Shown here: piece by piece, positions 25,649 to 38,052 of the stretch
How the letters are laid out: each line of letters begins with the position of its first letter
Numbering within the stretch: position 1 is the first letter of the stretch
NCBI RefSeq assembly: GCF_041146345.1
Contig: NW_027191402.1
Span: 992,001 to 1,056,000, forward strand
Length of the DNA: 64,000 nucleotides
Source: Neodothiora populina
Lineage: Eukaryota
Direction of reading: 5' to 3'
Notes under the pieces: model-generated
Database searches by the model: none
Seen by the model: the letters and a program-made list of their open reading frames with translations, nothing else
Told to the model about the DNA's origin: nothing
Translations under genes and position numbers: made by a program

Positions 25649-26665
25649 TCAACCTATGCATGCATTCTTCTTTAGCCTGCGCTGCTGCTCCCTCTTCATC
25701 CTGGCTTTATCTCTCGCAGCAAAGACAATCTCACGCAAAGACTTAAAGAGAAATAGCCCCACGAAACAAGCGAGTACGACAGCTGCAGCGACCAGAGACG
25801 TGACAGCAAGACCGCGACACGTCCGAGCAAACTCCGCCCAGCCATGACTTGCTTGTATCTGCGGCTTTACCGCCAGAGCTACTTGCATGGCACTGAGGGC
25901 GACCCCGAATATTCCAAAAACAAAAAGTATAGGCCCGTAGTATTGCGCGAACTGAGCGCCATACTGCCCATGGACTTTGAAGTAATTGAACCGACCGAGG
26001 AAAACCGGGGACCAAGAATTCAAACGAGTCAAGCGTAAATCTCCAAATGCATACCGCGGCGAGAGATGTTCATTTTCGAAATGCTCAAAGCGCTTGATGA
26101 ACCGGATGAATTCCTCAAACTTTACACCTTTTGGCAAAAGCAACGCAGACCCCTCGCCCTGCCCAGTCCCAAGAAGAAAGTCCGATCGATGACGAATGAG
26201 AAACGCATACGACCTGACAAACCCCCTAGCAGCTTTGACGAGATCGGAATCCGTATGGGGATGGGACAGATAAAACACCCAGAACGCATGCGAAAGAAAG
26301 TATTTAGGCAACGGCTTGACATAGACGCGATCATATATCCACACTAAATGCAAGCCCGGATCCTCGGTGATGATGATACCGCGTCCGCGCACGCGTTGAT
26401 GCGTCAGTGATGAAATGTGCGTATTATCTTTTTTCGCGACCAGGCCGAGCCAGAACCTGTTTAGGTCGGAGGTCAGAAGCTCGGCTTCGAGGTAGGCCTT
26501 TACGCTTGGATAGTCGAGAGCAATCCCAGGTGCATCCGGTAGCCAGTCCTTGAAGATTCCGGGCGACTGTTTGGCATGGCGGACGATGTTTGATTCTGAG
26601 TCGATGGATAGGCCGTGGTAGAGTTGGTCCCATGCTCGGAAGGGCGGGTCGCCAGACAAACCCAT
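25649..26665 (-). CDS. DUF6601-type fungal membrane protein
   Basis: LTHQRVRGRxIIITEDPGLHLVW, KPLPxY, GFVRSYAFLIRHxSDF, PRYxFGDLRLTRLN and LSAMQVAL, with two C-terminal hydrophobic helices. Confidence 0.8.
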   Translation of the reverse strand: MGLSGDPPFRAWDQLYHGLSIDSESNIVRHAKQSPGIFKDWLPDAPGIALDYPSVKAYLEAELLTSDLNRFWLGLVAKKDNTHISSLTHQRVRGRGIIITEDPGLHLVWIYDRVYVKPLPKYFLSHAFWVFYLSHPHTDSDLVKAARGFVRSYAFLIRHRSDFLLGTGQGEGSALLLPKGVKFEEFIRFIKRFEHFENEHLSPRYAFGDLRLTRLNSWSPVFLGRFNYFKVHGQYGAQFAQYYGPILFVFGIFGVALSAMQVALAVKPQIQASHGWAEFARTCRGLAVTSLVAAAVVLACFVGLFLFKSLREIVFAARDKARMKREQQRRLKKNACIG

Positions 26666-28075
26666 CTTGAAGAATATAAACAAGAAGACAGACGCAAAAA
26701 GGGGTGCACGTATTCAGATCAGGGCATTACATCCGGTACCACACCCCGTCAAGACGCCTGAACACAATATGCCACGTGAGAAACACAGCCTACCAGGAAG
26801 ATGACTTGAGTAATCATAGCAATAAATCATTTGGTCTCATGCCTTCGGCGTAAGATCAGCCTATCAAGTGAAATCATCACCTTTGGTTATCTGTGGCGCT
26901 TAGAGCCATGCAAGGCGACCCGGAGCGGTGGTGGGGAAAGGAACCCTCTAAACACAGCCCCGTCGAGGCAGGCTATGGATCTACCAAACTCCACACAAAG
27001 CACACGCATGGAAACTGCTGGGGGGCAATGCATTTGCACCTATCTTGATGATTTTGCGATAGGTGAACTAGGAACAAGTCGTGGATTGCTGAGAACATAT
27101 ATATCCATTTGCTTTCGCCGACAACTTGCTCTGGGCTCACATTCGCCCTGTCACCTCCGAGACCGTGAATTTCTCAAGAGATGCTCGTCGATTTCCTTGC
27201 AGGCGTACGTAATCCTAGACTTGTTTCTGTGTGCCTCACTGCGACGCGTGACCGGAGGAGTATTCTATCAGAGGATCCAGGCCTCAAAGGCACGGCAACG
27301 GGTTGAATGCGCCTCGTCATTCCTCTATTTGCCGGGAAATAAGCCTTCACATTACATGTTCCAGCATTCCTCAGCCTTGGTGCTCATGGCGAGAGGACGT
27401 TCAAGTAGTGGTTACTGTGCAGCTATGGCTGTAAGAGAAAGACCTCGAGACAGTGGTCAAAAGAGTAGGGGGAGGAGAGACATATAGCTATCGTTGAAGC
27501 ACTCGAGTGGTAGATCTTCGGTAACCTCAAGGCCTCGTCTTCTTGTCTACGAAACAATATCAACGCACTCTTTTCTGCCAGAATCTTGACTCAACCCAGT
27601 ACGACGCAAAAGGTCACCTCTCGTATACGTTGAGATCCACCACGTTCAGATCTTTCATTCCAATATATCCTCGTTAATCCCGCGGATCTGATCGAGGAGA
27701 AAACAAGCCGCCCAGCAAGGTAGTCGACGAGATAAGCTTCCCGGCCGGTCGAGATCTCACCATTAACCGTCTGGACGCCGATCGCGTGACAATCCGTGCA
27801 CCCTCATTCTGCTGCGTCATGTTGCGCAAGAACGTCATTACCGGTTCCTTTGAGTTTCACTCAACTCACAGCCAATACTGTACCTTCACCATAGGGTTTC
27901 GATAATCATGACAGATGGATGTCCTGTATACCGTTAGACTCGGGGTTATGGCTTGTCAAGTAGAGTAGCAGTATTAATGGAATTGAAACCCCGTAGTCCT
28001 ACTTTTCTGATTGATCATCGCATTTCCCATTGATTATACCCAAGGGAGACACCTTTGTGTACTAACACCATAAAA

Positions 28076-29611
28076 ATGTCGGAAAAGGACGAACAGTCAA
28101 AAAACGGGTCAACATCTGAAGAAGGAGGAGAAAAGAGCCCGCCCAAGCCCGTGGGATTCTTCGACCCATCACTAAAACACATCCGCCGCAAGATCTTTTC
28201 CAAATGGTTGCTCACGACCGTGGTGCTCATGGGGTTCATCATGGGCATCTTGTCCATTTACTGGGGCTGTCTTTTCCGCATCGAGGATAACTTGGGTAGT
28301 CTTGTTTTCTATGTCGTGGACATGGACGCGCAGGTTGCGCCGTATAATACTTCTGGAATCACGCCGCTGGTCGGACCTATAATCACCGGTCTTGCGCGAT
28401 CGATGGTCGCGAGTGGGAAACCTACTCTCGGATGGGGACCGTTGTTCGCTTCTGACTTCAACTATGATCCCATTGCTGTGCGACAGGCTGTATACGATTT
28501 CAAGGCATGGGGTGCCATCATCATCAATCCTAATGCGACGGCGATGTTGTACGAGGCTGTTCAGACCGGAAACACTTCTTATGATCCTCTCGGGGCTTGT
28601 CAATTGGTCTACCAGGATGCGCGAGACGATACCAACTGGTTTGACTTTATCAATCCTATCGTCAGGTCTTTCCAGACGGAGGCAACTTCGATGGTTGGAA
28701 AGCAGTGGTCGAGCATGATGCTCGAGAATGCTAGGAGCAACACTACTTTGTTGGCGAACATGGCAGCTGTAAGTGTAGTTTTTGACGCCATAGACAGCAG
28801 TGTGCTAACATTAGCTAGGTTCCACAAGCAATCAGTCCAGCAATCGGGTTCAGCGAGTACAATCTGCGCCCGTTCTACCCTTATCAGTCAATCCCAGCAG
28901 TGTCGATCGGACTGATCTACTTGATCATCCTGAGTTTCTTCAGTTTTGCTTTCTATTTGCCCATTTGGTTCGGAGTAAGTGACTTGGCTTCTGCAGACGA
29001 TAAAAAACCAGCGCTGACATGTAAATCAGTTCCTCAAGCCTGAAGGGCACCCGCCGCTTCGATTTATTGAGTTTGTCGTGGTGCGTTGGGGAGGTACGAT
29101 AGCCGCCTATTTTTTCTTGTCTCTCGCATACTCGCTCGTCTCGCTTGCGTTCCAGATCAACTTCTCTGGCGGTAACCCGATAACATCGCAGACGGAACCG
29201 ACTCTGATCGAATATGGCAATCCTACTGCGTATGGCAAAGGAACATTCCTGGTATACTGGGCGCTGAACTGGGTAGGAATGGCGGCTCTCGGACTCGCAT
29301 GTGAGAATGTGGCCATGGTAGTAGGACAGCCGTGGACGGGTCTATGGCTGATCTTCTGGGTCATCACGAATGTCTCGACTGCATTTTACGACATCGACAT
29401 CGAGCCTGGTGTTTTCTACTATGGATATGGGTTCCCCCTGCACTATGTCGTCGAGGGATCGAGGCAGATACTGTTCGATCTCCACTCGCGCATCGGACTG
29501 GACTTTGGAGTGCTCTTTGCTTGGACGGCGGTCAACTCGGCGATATTCCCTATTGCTTGTTGGTTTCTGATGTACAAGAAGAAGCACGACACGCGCGAGT
29601 ACTGGGCTTGA
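28076..29611 (+). CDS. Nitrosoguanidine-resistance Sng1-like membrane protein (DUF3533), 3 exons
   Basis: LSIYWG, IGLIYLIILSFF, FLVYWALNW, LACEN and WLIFWVITNVS motifs; introns at about 28769-28818 and 28975-29029. Confidence 0.85.
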
Positions 29612-30160
29612 GGAGGTAAAACAACAAGTGACGAGGCACATGAATCTGCATGACAGCAGGAGGAAAGTGTCATTATATATAAATGATTGTAAACATAATA
29701 CCGATATTCAATTCACAGTTTCTGATACCTCTGACAACATATTGATTGATATCGAGCGAATCACTAGATAACAGAATGGTGGGATTGTAATATAGAGCAA
29801 GGATGCCTGACGATGACAGGTCGGTCTAACCTCGGAGTTGGGTAGAAGTGATACGTCACGGCTAAGTGTTTTGTCAGGCAGCCACGAGGACCCCGCCACA
29901 GCTTAGGAAGGTACGAGAGTGGATTAGTTATTGTTACAACACAACTACTCTTATCCTCTTCTCATCATCTGACAAACCATCACCATCCTCATCCTCATCA
30001 GCTTCATCAAACCCACGCTCTCTCCACTGTCACTACTCCGTCGTCTGCCATCATCGTCATCATTCCCGTCCCATCGCCCAAGATTAGCTCTCCAAAGGTA
30101 GCCAAGCTGGGTAAAAGGCGACTCTCCGGCGACGAGCCGCCTACCGCGCACAAGAAAGTC

Positions 30161-33100
30161 ATGACAGTGAGTGATCTATAGACAATAACAGAGGAGATGG
30201 AATTTAATGACAGAAAAAGGACGCCAAGATGGACGTCGATAGCCCTGCCGCAGCTGTAGAACAGCTCAAGCAGGCACAGCAAGACAGCAACGGCGAGATC
30301 GATGAGTCTCTATACAGCAGACAACTGTACGTGCTGGGCCACGAGGCGATGAAACGCATGGGATCATCTAATATTCTTGTCGTTGGTCTGCGTGGTCTCG
30401 GTGTGGAAATCGCAAAGAACATCGCGCTGGCCGGAGTCAAGAGCCTGACGCTATTTGATCCCAAGCCTGCAGAGATTCAGGATCTCTCGTCACAATTCTT
30501 CCTTCACCCTGAAGATGTCGGCAAGGGTCGCGCCAGCGTCAGCGTGCCTCGTGTGTCTGAGCTAAACCCCTATGTTCCAGTCAAGGAGCACCCTTCTCCC
30601 AGCCTCATTTCGGACCTCTCCCAACTCAAGAACTACCAGTGCATCGTCTTGACCGACACCCCGCTCAAGGACCAGCTTACCATCTCCGACTACTGCCACC
30701 AGAACGGCATCTATGTTGTCATTGCCGACACTTTCGGCCTCTTCGGTCAGATCTTCAACGACTTTGGAAAGAACTTCGCCATCGCCGACGCCACGGGCGA
30801 GAACGTGCTGAGCGGCATTGTCGCCGACATCGACTCGGAGGGAATCGTGTCGGCACTGGACGAGACTAGACACGGATTGGAGGATGGCGATTATGTTACC
30901 TTCACCGAAGTCGAGGGAATGGAGGGCATCAACAACAGCACCCCTCGCAAGATCACCACAAAGGGCCCATACACTTTTTCCATCGGTGATGTTTCTGGTC
31001 TGGGTCAGTACAAGCGCGGAGGTCTGTACACGCAGGTCAAGATGCCCAAGATCATCGACTTCAAGCCCTGGAGCGAGCAGATCAAGAACCCCGAGCTGGT
31101 CATGTCCGACTTCGCCAAGTGGGACCGTCCCGCCCAGCTCCATGTCGGATTCCAGGCTCTTCACAAGTTCGCCGAGGCCCACGGCGGCAAGTTTCCCAAG
31201 GCACACAACGATACAGACGCCGCAGAGGTGCTCAAATACGCAGAAGAGATTGCCGGTGCTGGCGAAGAAAAGGTCGAGCTGGACGAGAAGCTCATCAAGG
31301 AGCTCAGTTACCAGGCTCGCGGTGATTTGAGTCCCATGGCTGCCTTTTTCGGTGGCCTGGCCGCTCAGGAAGTTCTAAAGTCTGTTTCGGGCAAGTTCAG
31401 TCCCGTCCACCAACTCATGTACTTTGACGCTCTCGAGGCTATCCCTACCTCGACAAAGCGTTCCGAAGAGCAATGCAAGGCCCTCGGTACCAGATACGAT
31501 GGACAAATCGCCGTCTTCGGAAAAGAATACCAGGACAAGCTCGCGAACCAGCGCCAGTTCCTTGTTGGTGCCGGTGCCATCGGTTGCGAAATGTTGAAGA
31601 ACTGGGCAATGATCGGTCTCGCCACTGGACCCCGAGGACAAATCACAGTCACCGACATGGACCAGATTGAGCGCAGTAACTTGAACAGACAGTTCCTCTT
31701 CAGACCCAAGGATGTCGGATCGCTCAAGTCTGAGAGTGCCTCCAAGGCTGTTCAGGCCATGAACCCTGATCTGAACGGCAAGATTGTTGTCATGAAGGAT
31801 CGCGTCGGTCAGGACACCGAGCATTTGTTCAACGAGGCCTTCTGGAACGACCTTGATGGCGTCACCAATGCCTTGGACAACGTCGATGCTCGTACCTATG
31901 TCGATCGCAGATGTGTCTTCTTCCACAAGCCTCTGCTCGACAGCGGTACCCTCGGTACCAAGGGTAACACGCAGGTCGTCTTGCCCAGAATCACCGAGTC
32001 TTACTCCAGCTCTCAAGATCCACCTGAGCAGTCGTTCCCCATGTGTACCCTTCGCTCTTTCCCCAACCGCATCGAGCACACCATCGCCTGGGCCAAGGAT
32101 CTATTTCACACTTTCTTCGCTGGTCCTGCCGAGATTGTCAATCAGTACTTGACAAATCCCGATTATCTGGGCGCAGCACTCAAGCAGTCCGGCAACGAGA
32201 AACAAACCCTCGAGACGCTCAAGGATTCACTTGTCGACGAGAAGCCGCAGACGTACGAGGACTGCATCAAGTGGGCACGCACGCAGTTTGAGAAGCAATA
32301 CAACAATGCTATCCAGCAATTACTATACAACTTCCCCAAGGATTCCAAGACCTCTTCGGGACAACCCTTCTGGTCTGGACCCAAGCGCGCGCCTGACCCA
32401 CTCCGCTTCGACACGAACAACCCGACTCACTTCACGTTTGTGCTCGCCGCCGCCAACCTTCACGCTTTCAACTACAACATTCCCCAGAAACAGCTCAAGG
32501 ACAAGAATGAGATTATCAGTGTGCTCGACAACATGATTGTGCCTGACTTCAAGCCAGACCCTGGTGTCAAGATTCAGGCCAACGACAGTGATCCGGACCC
32601 CAACAGTGCGTCGGGACCTACGGATGACGACAACGAGCTCGACAAGATCATCAAGTCTCTGCCGTCACCCAAACAACTGGGCGACTTCAGACTGACTCCG
32701 GTCGAGTTTGAAAAGGACGACGACACCAACTTCCACATCGACTTTATCACGGCCGCTAGTAATCTACGTGCGGAGAACTACAAGATCGCCATGGCCGATC
32801 GCCACAAGACCAAATTCATCGCTGGCAAGATTATTCCCGCCATTGCCACGACTACTGCCTTAGTCACTGGCCTGGTCATTATTGAGTTGTACAAGATTGT
32901 CGACGGCAAGGATGATATTGAGCAATACAAGAACGGCTTCGTGAACCTTGCATTGCCATTCTTTGGCTTTTCCGAGCCGATCGCTTCGCCCAAGGGAACA
33001 TACCAGGGCAAGAATGGCGAAGTCACCATCGACAAGTTATGGGATCGCTTTGAGGCGGAGAATGTCACTCTGAGTCAGTTCCTCAAGGACTTTGAGGACA

Positions 33101-33389
33101 AGGGATTGACCGTGACGATGATTTCGTCGGGTGTCAGTTTGCTTTATGCCAGCTTCTACCCGGCCAGCAAGAACAAGGGTAGATTGCCGTTGAAGTGAGT
33201 TTTTTCCTTCTCTTAACCCCCACGAACAAAGAACTGACACTACAACACAGGCTGTCCGAACTCGTCGAGACCATTTCCAAGAAACCCATTCCTTCGCATC
33301 AGAGCAATGTCATCTTCGAGATTACCGCAGAGGACACGACCGAGGAGGATGTCGAGATTCCATATGTCATGCTCAAGCTCAACAAGTAG
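30161..33389 (+). CDS. UBA1: Ubiquitin-activating enzyme E1
   Basis: [32 protein letters not shown], active-site PMCT and FEKDDD. Likely micro-exon ATGACA (30161-30166), intron 30167-30213 and last intron 33195-33250. Confidence 0.97.
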
Positions 33390-34080
33390 ATTTGTCATGA
33401 GGGAAAGAAGATTAAAGTAGAGATGGCGCATCAAATATGAGAAATTATGCAAAGTATCGTCTCTTTCATCACTATGATCCACAGAAGGCTGTTTACAAAT
33501 TCAAGTAAGATAAGTCGGACGATGGAGCTTCTCGATGAGCAGCCCAAGACAAAGAGATGGAACAGTGCAGAGATCCCGAGTACAATTTGGCCAGGTAGGT
33601 CAAGGTAGCGAGGACCGGGATCTCGGATCAAAAGTGATTTCAGCCTGCCGCCGAGCCAGCTCATTCATTGTTTGCGCACTAGAAGCGAGGAGAGAGAACG
33701 CACATACCAAGAAAGCTTCATGCCTTTCCATCCGATTGTATTCCAAAGTGGTGGGGATTAAAATCCAATTATAACGCATGAGTTGTCAGGTACATGAAAG
33801 GCCGAGTATCTAAGCTAAGCTACCTACCTCACACACCAGGTAGGTGAGGCTGAGAAGGGGCGATGCACGGTCGGCACTGCATTGGGTGTGGCTTTAGGTA
33901 TGGAGGAAGGAGCGGTCATGAACAGTCAGAGAGAAATGCAAGGTACTTACTGGCCAAAATCTAGGTAGGTAAGGTAAGGTAGGCAGCGGGGGCTAAGAGG
34001 GTCAGGGCATGTACTACCTAATTGTTTTAGTAACTGCGTCACACAAGACAGCCACTTGTTTCTTTCCTTTTTTCCTTTTG

Positions 34081-36096
34081 TTAATATCCGCCTCTGCCCC
34101 TGCCTCCTCGTCCCCTGTTACCACGACCGCCGCCACGACCACGACCGCCGCCAAATCCACCCCTTCCGCGTCCATTACCACCACCAAACCCACCACCACC
34201 TCTTCCTCCCCTCCCACCTCTCCCACCCCCTCGACCCCCCCTCTCACTGTCCGCCCTCGGCCCCCTCTTCCTCCGTTCCTCTCGTCCCTCCTCGCTAACA
34301 TCAAACGGACACTCGATGCCCAACATTTCACAGAACGCCACCGTCTGCGGGTTCGTATATTCTCTCGATCCGCCCGTCGCTTCCGCTGCTGCCACGTTGG
34401 CCGCTAGGGACTGGGAAGAGTCGTAGGGCGGGGCTGTTATTGTGAAGTTTTGGGGGATCTCGTAGGTTGGGACGGTGGATTGGATGTGGGTTCGGGCGGC
34501 GGAGATTAGGGATTTCAGGTCTGGAGGGTCTGGCTGAGAAAAAGAAGAGGAGGGGGAAGAGCCGAGTTCGAGAGGGTGGGCTAGAGCCACGGCGCGCGTT
34601 ATGGAGAGGTATTCTTCGTCGTAGTGCAGTTTTAGCGGTCTTTGTAGGGAAGGAGCGCTTTCCTTTTCTGGTTGGTCTTGTTGCGCTTGCTGTGCAGTGG
34701 CATTCGAGCTGTCCGGTGCGATAGAAAGTAGTTGCAGGAAGTCTCGGTTGGGCAGACATTTGTCCAAGGCCAGGAATTGGGTTCTCCTGTTTTTGATCTC
34801 TGGCGGGTGCGGGATTAGTTCTTGAGGTATTGCTTGTTGTCGTGGGGGTCTTGGCTGAGGACGCGCAAAGGCTGCTGGGAGTTGAGAACGCAGAGATTCA
34901 GGCACTGCTGATTCTTGTTGCTGTGGGACTTGTGAAGAGGCAGTCGTTGCGTCTTCGTCTAACGTCACTTTGACACCGTCTAGACCTTGGCCTGGTGCGA
35001 CTTGAGCTGTTGTTTCTGATATCGATGTTGGCGCGGGGTCGTCGTCCAGCTCCAAATCGATTTCGTCGGCATTGGCTTGAACGACAACTTTCTCGTCGTC
35101 CATGTCGAGGTCTAGGTTGATTTCATCCGTGTTTTTCAGACTGCGCTGCGCGTTCTCGTCCATGTCCAAATCAACCTCGTCTTCGTTCTTCGACTGTGCT
35201 CTCCCTTTCGCATGTCTATTCGTCGCATCGGGCGCATCATGTTCGACAACAGCAGCATATTTGCAATGCAAATGCGCCGAGAACCAATACCTCGGTCTCA
35301 GTCTGTCCAGCACATACTTTGCAGCCACACTCCCCAACTGCCCGTTCTTAGCATCTTCTTCCAAATGCGCCTTTTGTCTGAACAGTCTCTGATAATCTCC
35401 CTTCCACTCGACCCCTCTCGGCCAATCATGACTGATGCCAATATCAACCTGCGTCTGAATCTGCAGTAGTTTTCTCACGTCCATCTCTCGCACGTGATAG
35501 ATGGACTTGACATCATCGCTGTTGTATGGCAGTCTCTCGAAATGGCTTTTCTTGTAATCGAACCCTTTCCATATCCCACTCAGTCCCGCTATTCTCAATG
35601 GCCCTAGCCTCAGCACATTCGCGGCTCCCATGTAATAAATGTTTGGCGCAACCCAACCACCGTAGTAGAGCTCGAATAAGTAGTTTGAGGCTTCATGGTT
35701 TCCACCAACGAAGATTGTGAGGTAGGGCGCTGTGCGTGCGCCCGAGTAGTATTCGTGAAAGTCGTGCATTGCGCGGTATTTGGCTGGCATTGAAACTGCG
35801 TTTAGGTCTGCCGCATTCCGTACAGACTACTCTTGGTGTTAGTCAGTCATCACATTTTTGGATACAATAGAAGCAGATGTTCCTTACTTGGAAATCGCCG
35901 CCTATGATCAATAAATCCACGCTTGGCCACCCTTTGACTGCACATGATCGCTCTACTGAAGCGTAGATAGCGTGTAGTGTGCCGTGACCCTGGTCGGTGG
36001 TGTTAGTATTTACAGAGCGTGCAAAGAAAAGACATGACATACACATCCTTCTACCGCTATTCTCATTCCCTGTTCTTCTGATAGTTGAGACTCCAT
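34081..36096 (-). CDS. DBR1: RNA lariat debranching enzyme
   Basis: IAVEGC|GHG, GDFQ, GGNHEASN, SHDWP, FSAHLH, FLALDKC and NPQT motifs; two 5' introns; RGG-rich C-terminal tail. Confidence 0.95.
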
Positions 36097-36343
36097 ATTG
36101 GCGAGATAGACACACAAAAGGCGATGTGATGACAATCATTAAGTCGCAATAATTAATTTGGTATAATCCAGGTGTACGCGGTTCTTGGCGCGTCTGAAAC
36201 GCACCCGCGATCTCACGTGCGTGTGGGCGAGCATCAATTAATCATCCACCTTCGTCTAGACCATTACTAGGACATGTCATACAAAAAGGGTGAAACACAA
36301 GTCAATGCCACGCTCAATACTGATCCCGACGACACCTCTCACC

Positions 36344-36655
36344 ATGTCAAGCACAAACACTACAGACACGGCCACAGCGGACAACGATCTCCTGCTGAGT
36401 TTATTTGTGAATTTACGGAATGCAGCATCCACTTTTGGAACGGAAAGTGAGCAGTATCATGTCATTCACAGTATGGTCTACGGGCATCTGAGGCAGATGA
36501 GGGAAGCCGGCAAGAAGACAGATCTCACTGGTGCAAAGGAAGAAAAAAGTCGTCAGGTTAATGATGCTACTGCTGGTCTCGCTGATGCTTTTGAGAGGTT
36601 GGATCTGGAGTTGAAAGGGCGGGATCGAGCGAGGGAGGATTTGATGGAGGTGTGA
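36344..36655 (+). CDS. Small hypothetical protein (103 aa)
   Basis: ACCATG start context, protein-like composition, divergent from DBR1; no family recognised. Confidence 0.45.
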   Translation: MSSTNTTDTATADNDLLLSLFVNLRNAASTFGTESEQYHVIHSMVYGHLRQMREAGKKTDLTGAKEEKSRQVNDATAGLADAFERLDLELKGRDRAREDLMEV

Positions 36656-38052
36656 CTTTCTAAAGAGATGACCTGACTTTTGAGAACTGGGAGGTAGGTT
36701 GTGGCTTTTTATTTCTTTAATCTGCCTGCCGCTTGCATGCTGATTGGTGGTAGCACAGGCTTGTTGCCTCTGTAGTCATTCCATCCGAAGAGTACGACCG
36801 TGGCTTTCTCACTTCATGGATGGTATCTCCATCTAAGGTCATCACAACGAGTCTCTCGATCGTCTTGGCACAAACGTTGCTGTACAAGCATTACCCCAAG
36901 ACAACTTGGTATTCGGCACGTTCTAGCATCTCACAAGCTAGCCGATCAACAGCAGAAACCTGCTGCTGCAGGAACAACCCATAATCGCGACAAGCTCTCT
37001 GCGAGACTATGGCAGGCTTGCTTCCTCGGGAAGGTCAGAGACAAGCCAATCGGCAGGTTCAGAGTGCCAGATTGCGAGACATCTTGCCATGCGGCGATCT
37101 TGATTATCATCCATCTGTACAAGTACTGCTCTGCACGGACGCGATGATCAGGATGACCTTGAGGAAATCACAGCGGCGGCACAAGTCTGCTTAAATGCAG
37201 ATCCTCCATACTGACTTTGGCCAATAAATCTCGTGTTGCATCACAGCTTCCTTTACTGTGCTGTCACTGCTAAGCGAAAACCATTCGATGTCGGGCGTGT
37301 TACGAGCTTGGTTCTAGAACAAGGTTGTGGACTCGGGTAGATAAGACCGGCACTAATCAATTGTGGAGTCGTTATCTCTAGTCTGGTTCTTGCAGGTCCC
37401 CATAGAAGCTACTCCTCACCGTAGTCTGTTTACAATTCACTCGGCGCGTCACATATATCATTGTCGGGATGCTATACTTTCATGCCGCGCACTTGTGTTG
37501 ATAGACTGGAATCATAATACTTGAGCGGAAGCATCAGATAGGAAGATCAACCCCTTTTCCCCTCAACAGATTTCACAGTCATGACACTACAAATGCTGCA
37601 GCCTGCACATACTGCATATGCAATCGCGCCAATCCATGCAACAATACGGGGACGATGCACTCCTACAGCAAAGACTGATATGCCTGGATCACCGGAGCGG
37701 AAGGTCGCCAACCATGCTATAATATAGAGTATCTCGGTACGTCATGGAGTCCGAGTTCTCATGTTACGTTATTCGTGCTATCACACGCAACCTGCCTAAA
37801 CGGTAATGGTCTCCGTAACTCTTCGTAAAGCTTGATCGAAAACCAGCAACAATAATCGTGCCTCAACACTGATCGTCCCTAGGAGCGAAGATGATGCCTG
37901 TGCTATGATCTTAATGCGTGATTAGTTTCTTCCCCGCTCCTCGCGTGCTTCAATATAGGTATGGTGATCGATTTTTGTTTCATAAAGGGCCTCGATCCCT
38001 CGCATATGTGAGGTTTTCTCTCTTGTCAATTCTCAAAAGTCACTTCTCTATC

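Noticed and set aside
26831..27487. 218 aa ORF upstream of SNG1
   Set aside because: Non-ATG start, non-protein-like composition and no motifs; lies in a divergent intergenic region.
30562..32079. Antisense ORFs of 214 and 234 aa over UBA1 (similar ones over the carboxypeptidase and pectin lyase)
   Set aside because: Shadow ORFs expected from strongly C-ending codon usage; no family motifs.
33800..34020. AGGT/ACCT motif runs between UBA1 and DBR1
   Set aside because: Common low-complexity intergenic motif with no larger structure.
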